From NCBI GenBank assembly GCA_035221665.1, contig JAVHYY010000049.1, positions 186,001 through 250,000 of the forward strand: a DNA stretch of 64,000 nucleotides. Direction: 5' to 3'. The translations under genes and the position numbers were made by a program. Source of the stretch: Okamejei kenojei (lineage: Eukaryota). Positions within the stretch are counted from its first letter, which is position 1. The number at the start of each line of letters is the position of its first letter. The notes beneath the pieces are model-generated. The model did no database searches and had not been told where the DNA came from. It worked only from the letters and a program-made list of their open reading frames with translations. Shown here piece after piece: positions 41,030-52,134 of the stretch.

Positions 41030-41320
41030 CACTGGTGGCACAGAGGCGCACTGAGTTGCTGCCTTACAGGCCCACAGACCCGGGCACGATCCTGACCGCG
41101 GGTGCTGCATGTGCGGAATTTGCACGCTCTCTTTGTGACCACGTGGCTATGCACCAGCTGCTCAGGTTTCCTCCCACTCTCCAAAGACAATCAGGCGTGT
41201 AGGTTATTTGGCTGTGGTTAAAAATGAAAATTGTCCCCAGTGTATAGGATAGTGCTGGTGTTGGGGTGATCGCTGAGTCGAAGGGCCTCTTTCTGCTCAA
41301 TCTCTCTGCACTAAACTAGA
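41030..41320 (+). mobile_element. HE1/V-SINE-like SINE in the J-C intron, inverted relative to 40620-40915
   Basis: ggcacagaggcgca..gagttgctgccttacag..cccggg..gatcctgacc head; gaagggcct..ctaaactag tail. Confidence 0.75.
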
Positions 41321-41525
41321 ATAAATATCGACCCTGATTCGATCCTAATCTCGGGCATTAGGTTAGAGGTTTTCAATTGGCCCTATGTGAATTGCCGCTG
41401 GAATAAATGCACATCCTGGAGTGCACCCCGCACAAACAGTGCTTGAAGCTGACGGATGGAGCCGACGCAGGGGTATTAGAGCGACCGTGATAGGAATTGA
41501 TGGAAATTGAACGAGGGAAACTTAC

Positions 41526-41885
41526 TGTTTATATCCAGGATCGTTCCCCCGCCGAAGTAATATGTCGAATCTGTTTCCCTCACGGCACAGTAATAGACGG
41601 CGGCGTCTCTGGGCTCCAGCCTGTCGATGCTCAGGATATAACTGTTGGCGGATTTGTCTCTGGACGGTATGAATCGGTCAGTCACACCGGTCGCTCTATT
41701 AATGCTACCAGCAGCCCAATGTACGAGCACAAACTCCGGTCTCTCCGCCAGACGCTGTCGGTACCACATCCCGCCGTAATTTCCAGCGTTTAAGTTCTGC
41801 ACCCGACACTCCAAGCGGGCGGTCTGCCCCACGGAGACAGGGTCGGACATTGGACTCTGAAGCAGGAGTGGAACCGCCAAGAGAC
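41526..41885 (-). CDS. Germline-joined VJ exon of the Ig light chain (360 nt)
   Basis: TTGAAG acceptor and GTAAGT donor; VPLLLQSP..LECRV..WYRQ..DRF..D.AVYYC-AVRETDSTYY-FGGGTILDIN in one open frame; no RSS or spacer between V and J. Confidence 0.97.
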
Positions 41886-42033
41886 CTTCAACAAAACACA
41901 ATAGGACAACAGGGTGACTTGGAGCCAACGGAAGGCTGAACAATCGCTAAATACGCGCAGGACACTGGTGACGGTGGAGATTTTAACAAACGTCGCTGCG
42001 GATAATCAGTCGGTGAACCAACCGGAGCCTCAC

Positions 42034-42082
42034 CTGGTGGGAGCAGCAGCAGAGACAAAATGAGGTGCAGCGCTCGGGCCAT
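42034..42082 (-). CDS. Ig light-chain leader exon (MARALHLILSLLLLPP-G)
   Basis: 49-nt hydrophobic signal-peptide exon, GTGAG donor, phase 1; 148-nt intron; completes GLLA|VPLL in the V exon. Confidence 0.93.
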
Positions 42083-42129
42083 TCCTCCGGATCAGCGAGC
42101 GCCCAAACTTCTTACGCCACCACGCGCTG

Positions 42130-42215
42130 TTCTGCAAACTCCGAGAGCCGCACCGGTTCAAGTGTGTGCAAACAGGAGCCTCCGGGTGCCTTTATTAACC
42201 GGAATGTAATGAGTA
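42130..42215 (-). promoter_or_regulatory. Putative Ig light-chain promoter (degenerate octamer-like GTTTGCAC 42166-42173; TTAATAAA 42191-42198)
   Basis: Position upstream of the leader ATG and motif similarity only. Confidence 0.35.
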
Positions 42216-43579
42216 GGAGGGGTCAGAAAACCGGTGTGGGCGGAGACTGACTTCCCGCAATCTGCTGACGGAAAACTAAATGCCGTTACATTCTTCACAT
42301 CTGATTTCACAATGTTTCATCTTTGGTTGAACCGAGAACATAATAAAGACGATAGTATGTTGAACATGTTGCCAAGACTAACTCTTATATGCCTGCACAG
42401 AAGTCATACCCCTGAAATCCCTGCATAAACATGTCCCTAAACAAAAGTCTGAAATTCCACCAAATTGTTTCCCGAATTAATTCAAGAATAATCGTTACAT
42501 TCTTCATCTCTGACTTTGTAATGTTTCATCTTCGGTTATGTCTCAGATTCAGGCTTGTGAACATTGGATCAATATCCGGGCGTACTGATTTCCGACATTC
42601 GGATTGTGTTCAGGGACAGCAGGAGATTATCGTATTTGCGCCACCGCATCATGTTGAGCTGCCCCGCACAAACTCTGATCTCCCCGAAACTGCCGCAACG
42701 GTTCAAATCCAAGATGGGGAAAAGCCCGCGGTGAACATGCCGCGTCTGCGCTTTGCCTATTTAAAGTTTAATATGAAGCTGATCCCTAAAATACCTAGCA
42801 TCCATTTGACTATTGATCGTTTTTCCCCAGAGCAGCCAGAACGTGAGCCTGGAGACTCTCGATTCGCCTCAAACAAGTTGTGCATGAATCAAGATTGCTG
42901 GAAAATAGAACATACAACAGTATGGTACATGAACAGGCCTTTCGGCCCGCAATATCGGTGCCTAACATGTTGCCAAGGCAAAATCTCCTCTGCATGCACA
43001 TAATCCATATCCCTCCTTTCCTGAGATATCCATGTGTCAACGCAAAAGTCCTTTAAACGCCACTGTGATATCTGCCTCACCCACCGCCCCCGGCAGCGTG
43101 TTCCAGGCACCCACCAACCTCTATGTAAAAAGCCGTGCCCCACACACTTGATTGAAACTTTCCTCACACATAAAAAACTATGCTCTCTAGTATTTGATTT
43201 TCCGAACTTGGCATGAGGGTTCTGACGGTTTTGTCAAAAACGATTTGTACATTATAACGCCAGCAACCTCCGGCGTTACCTAGAAAACAATCAAGTCTCA
43301 CCAATCTCTCAATCGCAGTTGTTCCACAATCCCCTAACCCCTTTCAATCCACATGGTTGAGGTCTGAAGAAGGGTATCGACCCCATACATCACCGATTCC
43401 TTTTGGCCTGAGATGATGTCTTACCCGAGGAGTTACTAGAGCTTTTTACGTCCCTCTTCACATAGTTGTAGAAATATTTCTTGAACGTAATAATTGCATG
43501 ATATTGGAGTGTGGGGCCGGATCTGTGAACACCCAGGTAAAGCTGGTTGGAAGCAAACAACATTCGCAGTTGACGTGTT

Positions 43580-43995
43580 AGAAGGATGAGGGGGATTCTC
43601 ATTGAAACATATAAGATTGTTAAGGGTTTGGACATGCTAGAGGCAGGAAACATGTTCCCGGTGTTGGGGGAGTCCAGAACCAGGGGCCATAGTTTAAGAA
43701 TAAGGAGTGAGCCATTTAGAACGGAGACGAGGAAACACTTTTTCTCACAGAGAGTGGTGAGTCTGTGGGATTCTCTGCCTCAGAGGGCGGTGGAGGCAGG
43801 TTCTCTGGATGCGTTCAAGAGAGCGCTAGATACGGCTCTTAAAGATAGCGGAGTCAGGAGATATGGGAGAAGGCAGAAACGGGGCACTGATTGGGGATGA
43901 TCAGCCATGATCACATTGAATGGCGGTGCTGGCTCGAAGGGTCGAATGGCCTACTCCTGCACCTATTGTCTATTGTCTATTGTCTATTGTCTATG
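43580..43995 (+). mobile_element. CR1 3' fragment
   Basis: ORF 43586-43900 RG.LIETYKI..RTRGHSL..FFSQRVV; (CTATTGT)n tail. Confidence 0.92.
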
Positions 43996-45243
43996 TGCCA
44001 GCAATAGCCTCTGAGAACAAGGTGTGATATCCAATGACACCTCCACTGCAGAATACCCGGCCATCGACATTCAGCGCTGACCAGTGGCCAGAAATTAAAC
44101 CGTATTAATTACATCAAGATGTGTATATAATATTTCACACAGAGGATGATAGGATGTATTGAACGAGCTGCCAGAGGAGATAGTTGAGTCAGATACAAGA
44201 GCAGCATTTAAATATATTTGGACAGGTGCATGGATAGGAAAGGTTTGGCTAGATATGCGCCCAACGCTGGCAGTTGGGACAAGTGTAGATGGGGCATCAA
44301 GGACGGCATGGGCAAGCTTGGCCAAAGCGCGTGTTACTATGCCGTGTGACTCTATAGCTCTGTGACTGTAAAGGTCGGGATGATATAGAGACAGACTTGT
44401 TTCGGGATAGGCCAGCGACGTCTCAGCAATGTGCAGTGATTTTGATGGACCCATTTGTGTGAGGGTCCAACTATCCCCGCTCCTTCAAACGTCGGACTCA
44501 TCCCGACCCACGGGACGGGTTCCGCACCACCACCCAGAGAATCTATTCGCTCGGCCGCTCGCGCACAGGCGTGCTACGTAACATTAGCAATAAGGACAAG
44601 GGGTCAGTCTATGTCCCTTCGCAGCAAGCATCATGGTCCTGAACACCCAGGTACTGTGGAGCAGTGGGTAGACCTGTTGCCGCAAAACGCAAGAGCCCAC
44701 AGTTTGATCCTAACCTCGGGTGCTGTCTGTGTGGATTTGCTTCTCCCTTAACCGCACTAGTTTCCTCCCGTTCTCCTGTTCCTGCTGGTGTTTAGTCGAT
44801 GCGCAATTAAGTTAACAACTGTGATTGTGATTTTGGTTGCACTACGGGCTTCGATTTCTACTATTATGGTTACCTTGTATGAATGATTATTAATTGATTG
44901 TATTATTGATTACTGTATATTTCCACTGCGTCAATACGTTCATGGGCCTGTTAAGGTGCCACAAGTGAGAATATCATTGCTCCGTTCCCGATATATTTGG
45001 CAATAAAACACATTAACTATTAGGCCACAGGCCCCTCGCGCCTCTGCGTCTCCGTTGTTCAATGAGAAAGTGATGCCACTAATCACCTCCAGTTTAAATT
45101 CCATTTGGAATATTTTGGAGGACCAAGAAACCAAGCAACGAAGAAAGTGGCTGATCATTTACACGAACGCTACCATCCTGCACAAAACTCATACCATCAA
45201 TTCCTTTAACATTCATCAATCAATCTAAAATCTCACTAATTCA

Positions 45244-45508
45244 GGACGGCATGGTGGCGCACCAGTAGAGCTACTACCTCACAGCGCCAGAAACCCGGGT
45301 TCAATCCTGTCTACAGGTGCAGTCCGTCCGGAGTTTGTACGTTCTCCCTGTATTTCCGAGATCTACAGTTTTCTCCATACAGGTTTGTAGGTTAATTGGC
45401 TTGGTATATATGTAAATTGTCCCTATTGTGTGCAGGAGGGTATATGAGTGCGGGGATCGCTGGTCGGTGTGGACACGGTCGGCCGAAGGGCGGTAAACTA
45501 AACTAAAG
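45244..45508 (+). mobile_element. HE1/V-SINE-like tRNA-derived SINE
   Basis: ggtggcgcaccagtagagc (A box), cccgggttcaatcc (B box), (CTAAA)n tail. Confidence 0.8.
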
Positions 45509-46589
45509 ATATTTCTAACTTACCCGAGCAACTGAGTCTCTGGAGTCTAAAACTCTGCGGGGGAACTTTCTATCCCAGTCCGCCACGACAGACCACCTGG
45601 TCTGAGAGTGTGGTCTCTGGTTCTCGAGACTGCAGAGAGTTGGATCACCACCATTAATATCATCAGCCTCTTGCTTCCGTGACTTTCCCTCTCATTCACA
45701 GGAGACTATCGGTTCAGATTGCTTGACATCCCCATGTCACACACCCGTGCCCGAGAATTAAGGATATTAACCGCTCTCGCATTCCCTCCATCTCTCGCAT
45801 ATCCTTCCAGAGAAAGTAAGAGCCATGCACGATATTCCAAGTGCGTTCCCACCAGTATCCTGTATAAATGCAGCAATACATGTGTACTAGTTGCTCGAAT
45901 GGCCTTTGCTTTATTACTTGTTGGTGAAACTGGTTAACCCCCCGTGATCTGTATGTAAGATAAAGGGAAGTTTCACCAGCACATTTCAATCTCTCAACTG
46001 AAATTTTGCTCTGATTTTATATATATTATTCTGGGCGAACAGATGACCTCGCGATTTAGCATAATTTTATTCCACCCGACCTCTCATTCCCTTGTTTGGG
46101 CAAACTATAACTATCACCTCCACGTCTATGTACCTTTCTCGCTAACAGGTGTCCAGTCAGCGGTTCAGGAGCTATTGCAACTAATTCCTTAATTCAACCA
46201 TTCTGATGCAGAATGCGAACGGCTGCAGCGGTTTCCTCTGTCAGCTCTAGCGTGGCGCCTTATGCACGGCCTACGAAAGTCAACATTTATATTTTGTGCG
46301 TTGCGGCACCAAAAACGTTTGACAGGCTTTTTGATAATGTATATCTTGGTATATACCGAGCGTCATGCTTGCATTACTTCAATAATAAACTACAGTACTT
46401 CTCTAACAACAGGAGTCAAAATAAAGAGACTGCATCTCTCTATCTCTCTCTTTCTCTCCCCCCCCCCCACACACACACACACACACACTTCCCTCTATCG
46501 TGTTGCTCTCCCTCTCTCGTTCTCTGTCTTTCTCCTTATGTCTCGGTATGTCTCTGCTTAACCTTCTCCCACCCCCCTTCCCCCTCACT

Positions 46590-49500
46590 CTGAGGATTGG
46601 GGAATGTTTACAGAGCAACCGAAGATAACTTAAAAGGCAACACGGGAAGAAAATATGAGGTACGAAGGTAAGCTAGCAAAGAATACAAAAGAAGATAGTA
46701 AAAGTTTCTTTAGGTATGTGGAGAGAAAAAAAAAGTTAAGGCTAAAGTTGGATCCTTGAAGACTGAAAAAGGTGAATTTATTATGGGGAACAAGGAAATG
46801 GCAGATGGGTTGAACAGGTACTTTGGATCCGTCCTCACTAAGGAGGACACAGACAATCTTTCTGCTGTACTAGTCAGGGGATCTGGGGTGACGGAGGAAC
46901 GGAAGGAAATCCACATAGTGCAGGAAGTGGTGTTGGGTAGACTGATGGGACTGAAGGCTACTAAATCCCCAGGGCCTGGTTGTCTGCATCCCAGGGTACT
47001 TAAGGAAGTGGCTCTAGAAATCGTGGCTCTAGAAATCGCATTGGTGATCATTTTCCAATGTGCTATAGATTCAGGATCATTTCCTGTGGATTGGAGGGTA
47101 GCTAATGTTGCCCTACTTTTGAAGTAAGGCGGGAGAGAGAAAACGGGGAATGATAGACCAGTTAGCCTGACATCGGTGGTGGGGAAGATGCTGAAGCCAA
47201 TCATAAAAGATGAAATAGCGGCACATTTGGATAGCAGTAACAGGATCGGCCCGAGTCAGCAAGGATTTACGAAGGGGACACCACGTTTGACATCTTCTGG
47301 AATTTTCTGAGGATGTAAATAGGAAAATGGACAAGGCAGAGCCAGTGGATGTAGTGTACCTGGACTTTAAGAAAGCATTTGATAAGGTCCCACATGGGAG
47401 ATTAGTGGGCAAAATTGGGGCACATAGTATTGGGGGTAGAGTGCTGACATGGATAGAGAAGTGGTTGGCAGACAGGAATCAAAGAGGAGGGATTAACGGG
47501 TCCCTTTCAGAATGGCAGGCAGTGACCAGTGGGGTGCCGCAAGGCTGAGTGCTGGGACCGCAGCTATTTACGATATATATCAATGATTTTGATGAAGGGA
47601 TTCAAAGTAGCATTAGCAAATTTGAAGATGACACAAAGCTTAGTGGTTGTGTGAACTGTGAGGAGGGTGCCATGAGAATACAGGGTGACTTGGACAGGTT
47701 GGGTGAGTGGGCAGATGAATGGCAGATGCAGCTCAATGTGAATAAATGTGAGGTTATCCACTTTGGCAGCAAAAACAGGAAGGCAGATTATTATCTATTA
47801 CTATATGTGGTGTCAACTTGGGAAAAGGGGAAGTACCACGTGATCTGGGGTTCCGTGTTCATAGAATCATAGAATCATAGAAAATAGGTGCAGGAGTAGT
47901 CCATTCGGCCCTTCGAGCCTGCACCGCCATTCAATATGATCATGGCTGATCATCCAACTCAGTATCATGTACCTGCCTTCTCTCCATACCCCCTGATCTC
48001 TTTAGCCACAAAGGCCACATCTAACTCCCTCCTAAGTATAGCCAATGAACTGGCCTCAACTACCTTCTTTGGCAGAGAATTCCACAGATTCACCACTCTC
48101 TGTGTGAAAAATGATTTTCTATCTCGGTCCTAAAATACTTCCCCCTTATCTTTCAACTGTGACCCCTTGTTCTGGAGTCCCCAGCATCGGGAACAATCTT
48201 CCTGCATCTAGCCTGTCCAACCCCTTATGATTGTGTAAGTCTCTATAAGATCTCCCCTCAATCTCCTAAATTCCAACGAGTACAAGCCGAGTCTATCCAG
48301 TCTTTCTTCATATGGAAGTCCTGCCATCCCAGGAATCAGACTGGTGAACCTTCTCTGTACTCCCACTATGGCAAGAATGTCTTTCCTCAGATTAGGAGAC
48401 CAAAACTGTACGCAATACTCCAGGTGTGTCCTCACCAAGTCCCTGTACAACTGCAATAGAACCTCCCTGCTCTTGTACTCAAATCCTTTTGGTATGAATT
48501 CCAACATACCATTCGCTTTCTTCACAGCCTGCTGCACCTGCATGCCTACCTTCAATGACTGGTGTACCATGACACCCAGGTCTCGTTGCATCTCCCCTTT
48601 TCCTAATCGGCCACCATTCAGATAATAGTCTACCCTCCTGTTTTAGCCGCCAAAGTGGATAACCTCACATTTATCCACATTATACTGCAGCTGCCATGCA
48701 TTTGCCCACTCACCCAATCTATCTAAGTCACCTTGCAGCCTCCAAGCATCCTCTTCACAGCTAACACTGCCCCCCCCCCCCCCCCCCCCCCCAGCTTCGT
48801 GTCATCCGAAAACTTGGAGCTGTTGCATTCAATTCCCTCATCCAAATCATTAATATATATTGTAAATAGCTGGGGTCCCAGCACTGAGCCTTGCGGTGCC
48901 CCTCTAGTCACTGCCTGCCATTCTGAAAATGACCCATTTACTCCTACTCTTTGCTTCCTGTCTGCCAGCCAGTTCTCTATCCACATCAATACTGAACCCC
49001 CATAACGTGTGCTTTATGTTTGTATACTAATCTCTTATGTGGGACCTTGTCGAAAGCCTTCTGAAAGTCAAGATCTAACACATCCACAGGTTCTCCCTTA
49101 TCCACTCTACTAGTTACATCCTCGAAAAATTCTATAAGATTCGTCGGACATGATTTACCTTTCATAAATCCATGCCGACTTTGTTCAATGATTTCACCAC
49201 TTTCCAAATATACTGCTATCCCATCTTTAATAAATGACTCTAGCATTTTTCCCACTACCGATGTTAGACTAACTGGTCTGTTTTCTCTCTCCCTCCCTTT
49301 TTAAAATGTGGGGTTGCATTAGCTACCCTCCAATCCTCAGGAACTACTCCAGAATCTAAAGAGTTTTTAAAAAAATTATCACTAACGCATCCACTATTTC
49401 TGGGGCTACTTCCTTAAGTTCTCTGGGATGCAGCCTATCTGACCCTGTGGATTTATCGGCCTTTAATCCATTCAATTCAGTCAATCAACTAAGCATGCAG

Positions 49501-50158
49501 GTACAGCAGGCAGTGAAGTATGCGAATGGCATGTTGACCTTCATAACAAGAGGAGTTGAGTAGAGGAGCAAAGAGGTCCTTCTGCAGTTGTATAGGGCCC
49601 TAATGCGACCACACCTGGAGTATTGTGTGCAGTTTTGGTCCCCTAATTTGAGGAAGGACATTATTGCTATTGAGGGAGTGCAGCGTAGGTTTACAAGGTT
49701 CATTCCCGGGATGGCGGGACTGTTATATGCTGAGAGAATGGAGCAGCTGTACACTCTGGAGTTTAGAAGGATGAGAGGGGATCTTATTGAAACATATAAG
49801 ATTATTAAGGGTTTGGACACGCTGAAGGGAGGACACATGTTCCCGCTGTAGGGGGAGTCCAGAACCAGGAGGCACAGTTTAAGGGGTAGGCTATTTAGAA
49901 CGGAGATGAGAAAACACGTTTTCACACAGTTGTGAGTCTGTGGAATTCTCTGCCTCAGAGGGCGGTGGAGTCCGGTTCTCTGGATACTTTCAAGAGAGAG
50001 CTAGATAGGGCTATTAAGGATAGCGGAGTCAGGGGATATGGGAAGAAGGCAGAAACGGGGTACGGATTGGGGATGATCAGCCATGATCACATTGAAAGGC
50101 GGTGTTGGCTCAAAGGACAGTGCAGGCACTCCTGCACATATTGTCCATGGTCTACTGT
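46590..50158 (+). mobile_element. CR1 ORF2 fragment (46590-47862 and 49478-50158), split by a nested antisense CR1
   Basis: The host RT sequence reads continuously across the junction (..gtgttcat | cagtcaat..gcatgcaggtacagcagg). Confidence 0.9.
47863..49477 (-). mobile_element. Nested CR1 (5'-truncated RT plus tail)
   Basis: Minus ORFs 48208-49255 with RT motifs; (CATAGAAT)n tail at 47863. Confidence 0.92.
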
Positions 50159-50160
50159 CA

Positions 50161-50162
50161 CT

Positions 50163-50225
<63 letters not shown>

Positions 50226-50378
50226 ACTCTCTCTCTCTCTCTCTTTGACTCTCTCTCTCTCTCACTTTGACTCTCTCTCTCTCTCTCTTTGACACTCTCT
50301 CTCTCTCTTTGACTCTCTCTTTCTCTCTCACTTTGACTCTCTCTCTCTTCTCTCTCTTTGACTCTCTCTCTCTCTCTT

Positions 50379-50411
<33 letters not shown>

Positions 50412-50430
50412 TCCCCTCCTCTCCCTCTCT
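50161..50430. repeat. (CT)n microsatellite with interspersed TTTGA units
   Basis: Seen directly. Confidence 0.98.
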
Positions 50431-50451
50431 CACGGTCTAACTTGTTGCTCT

Positions 50452-50699
50452 NNNNNNNNNNNNNNNNNNNNNNNNNNNNNNNNNNNNNNNNNNNNNNNNN
50501 NNNNNNNNNNNNNNNNNNNNNNNNNNNNNNNNNNNNNNNNNNNNNNNNNNNNNNNNNNNNNNNNNNNNNNNNNNNNNNNNNNNNNNNNNNNNNNNNNNNN
50601 NNNNNNNNNNNNNNNNNNNNNNNNNNNNNNNNNNNNNNNNNNNNNNNNNNNNNNNNNNNNNNNNNNNNNNNNNNNNNNNNNNNNNNNNNNNNNNNNNNN
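50452..50699. other. Assembly gap
   Basis: Run of n. Confidence 1.
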
Positions 50700-51005
50700 A
50701 TCTACGGGAGTTGGGAAGTTACTCCCAAGATCATTCACTGCCAATCATTGTGCGACCGCTCACGACGTGACGGATTTACGGCAATTCCCTTCCCCAAAAC
50801 TAATTCCGATTCTGCAGCTTCTTTCAGCGTCTGCCGGGCCTTTCTTTCTCAGATGCATATGGGAGCTTCGTTTGCATTCTGATATATTTGCTTCACTTCA
50901 CAATCAATTCCTTATTGTTAATCTGGCGTCTCCATTCGCAGTCCGCAAGGGATCCACGTTGACGTTTGCCTTATGTTATTGTCCTTCCATCTTTGTAGCA
51001 GATTA

Positions 51006-51540
51006 GAAACATAGAAACATAGAAACATAGAAATTAGGTACAGGAGTAGGCCATTCAGCCCTTCGAGCCTGCACCGCCATTCAATATGATCATGGCTGAT
51101 CATCCAACTCAGTATCCCGTACCTGCCTTCTCTCCATACCCTCTGATCCCCTTAGCCACAAGGGCCACATCCAACTCACTCTTAAATATAGCCAATGAAC
51201 TGGCCTCAACTACCCTCTGTGGCAGAGAGTTCCAGAGACTCACCACTCTCTGTGTGAAAAAAGTCTTTCTCATCTCGGTCTTAAAGGATTTCCCCCTTAT
51301 CCTTAAGCTGTGACCCCTTCTCCTGGACTTCCCCAACATCGGGAACAATCTTCCTGCATCTAGCCTGTCCAACCCCTTAAGAATTTTGTAAGTTTCTATA
51401 AGATCCCCTCTCAATCTCCTAAATTCCAGAGAGTATAAACCGAGTCTATCCAGTCTTTCTTCATAAGACAGTCCTGACATCCCAGGAATCAGTCTGGTGA
51501 ACCTTCTCTGCACTCCCTCTATGGCAATAATGTCCTTCCT
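51006..51540 (-). mobile_element. Young CR1 3' fragment with 7-bp flanking duplication CAGATTA
   Basis: Near-identical to 2510-3040; CAGATTA at 50999-51005 and 51541-51547. Confidence 0.92.
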
Positions 51541-52134
51541 CAGATTATGTGATCTGCGTTTATGTTTCCTGCTCTGACCCTCCTGCATTCGATTTTCCTC
51601 CCTGAATTCCTCGGATCTTTGTTGCTGAATCATGCTCTCACCTCCTTTTGCAGGATTTTCACTCTTTCACTTTGATAGAAACCTCCAAGCGGGCAGTTGT
51701 TCAGCCGGGAGTTTCTTCGTAAAAATCAAAGGCATTCGTTGTATTAAAACCACTGTAATTTTGTTTAGGCCCGTTCATGTGTTAGCACAAACCAAGGGCC
51801 GTCCTTCTACATTCTTTGACATATACCACCCAGGTATCTCATTTATTCCTACTAAGTTAAGTCCATAGCGCCCATATGAATCCATAAAGCACACTCGCCA
51901 AGTTAGGCTTTATCCCGCCGCTCTGTAATACTCCACCGCTGCAAAGATAATTTAGCATGGATTGTGCTGTGGTCAGTGACATTTTGGTCCATTGTAGAAA
52001 CATTTGGCTACGCGTGCCACTTCCCACGGGTTCCTCGGACTGAAAAACATACCTAGTTTGGAACTTAATGATGCAATCAACATTGCGAACGACATTGCCA
52101 TGATATATGTGCATGCGTTTGTCCCATTTCAGAA

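Noticed and set aside
41586-41592. Cryptic RSS heptamer CACAGTA at the V end (V-replacement substrate)
   Set aside because: It follows automatically from the Tyr-Cys-Ala codons, and there is no nonamer-like sequence at 12- or 23-nt spacing
45244-45310. tRNA gene
   Set aside because: The A/B boxes continue into a SINE body and tail; it is a tRNA-derived SINE head
50158-50882. RE-rich and X-containing ORFs (also 5355-5968 and 8368-8697)
   Set aside because: Artefacts of microsatellites and N gaps
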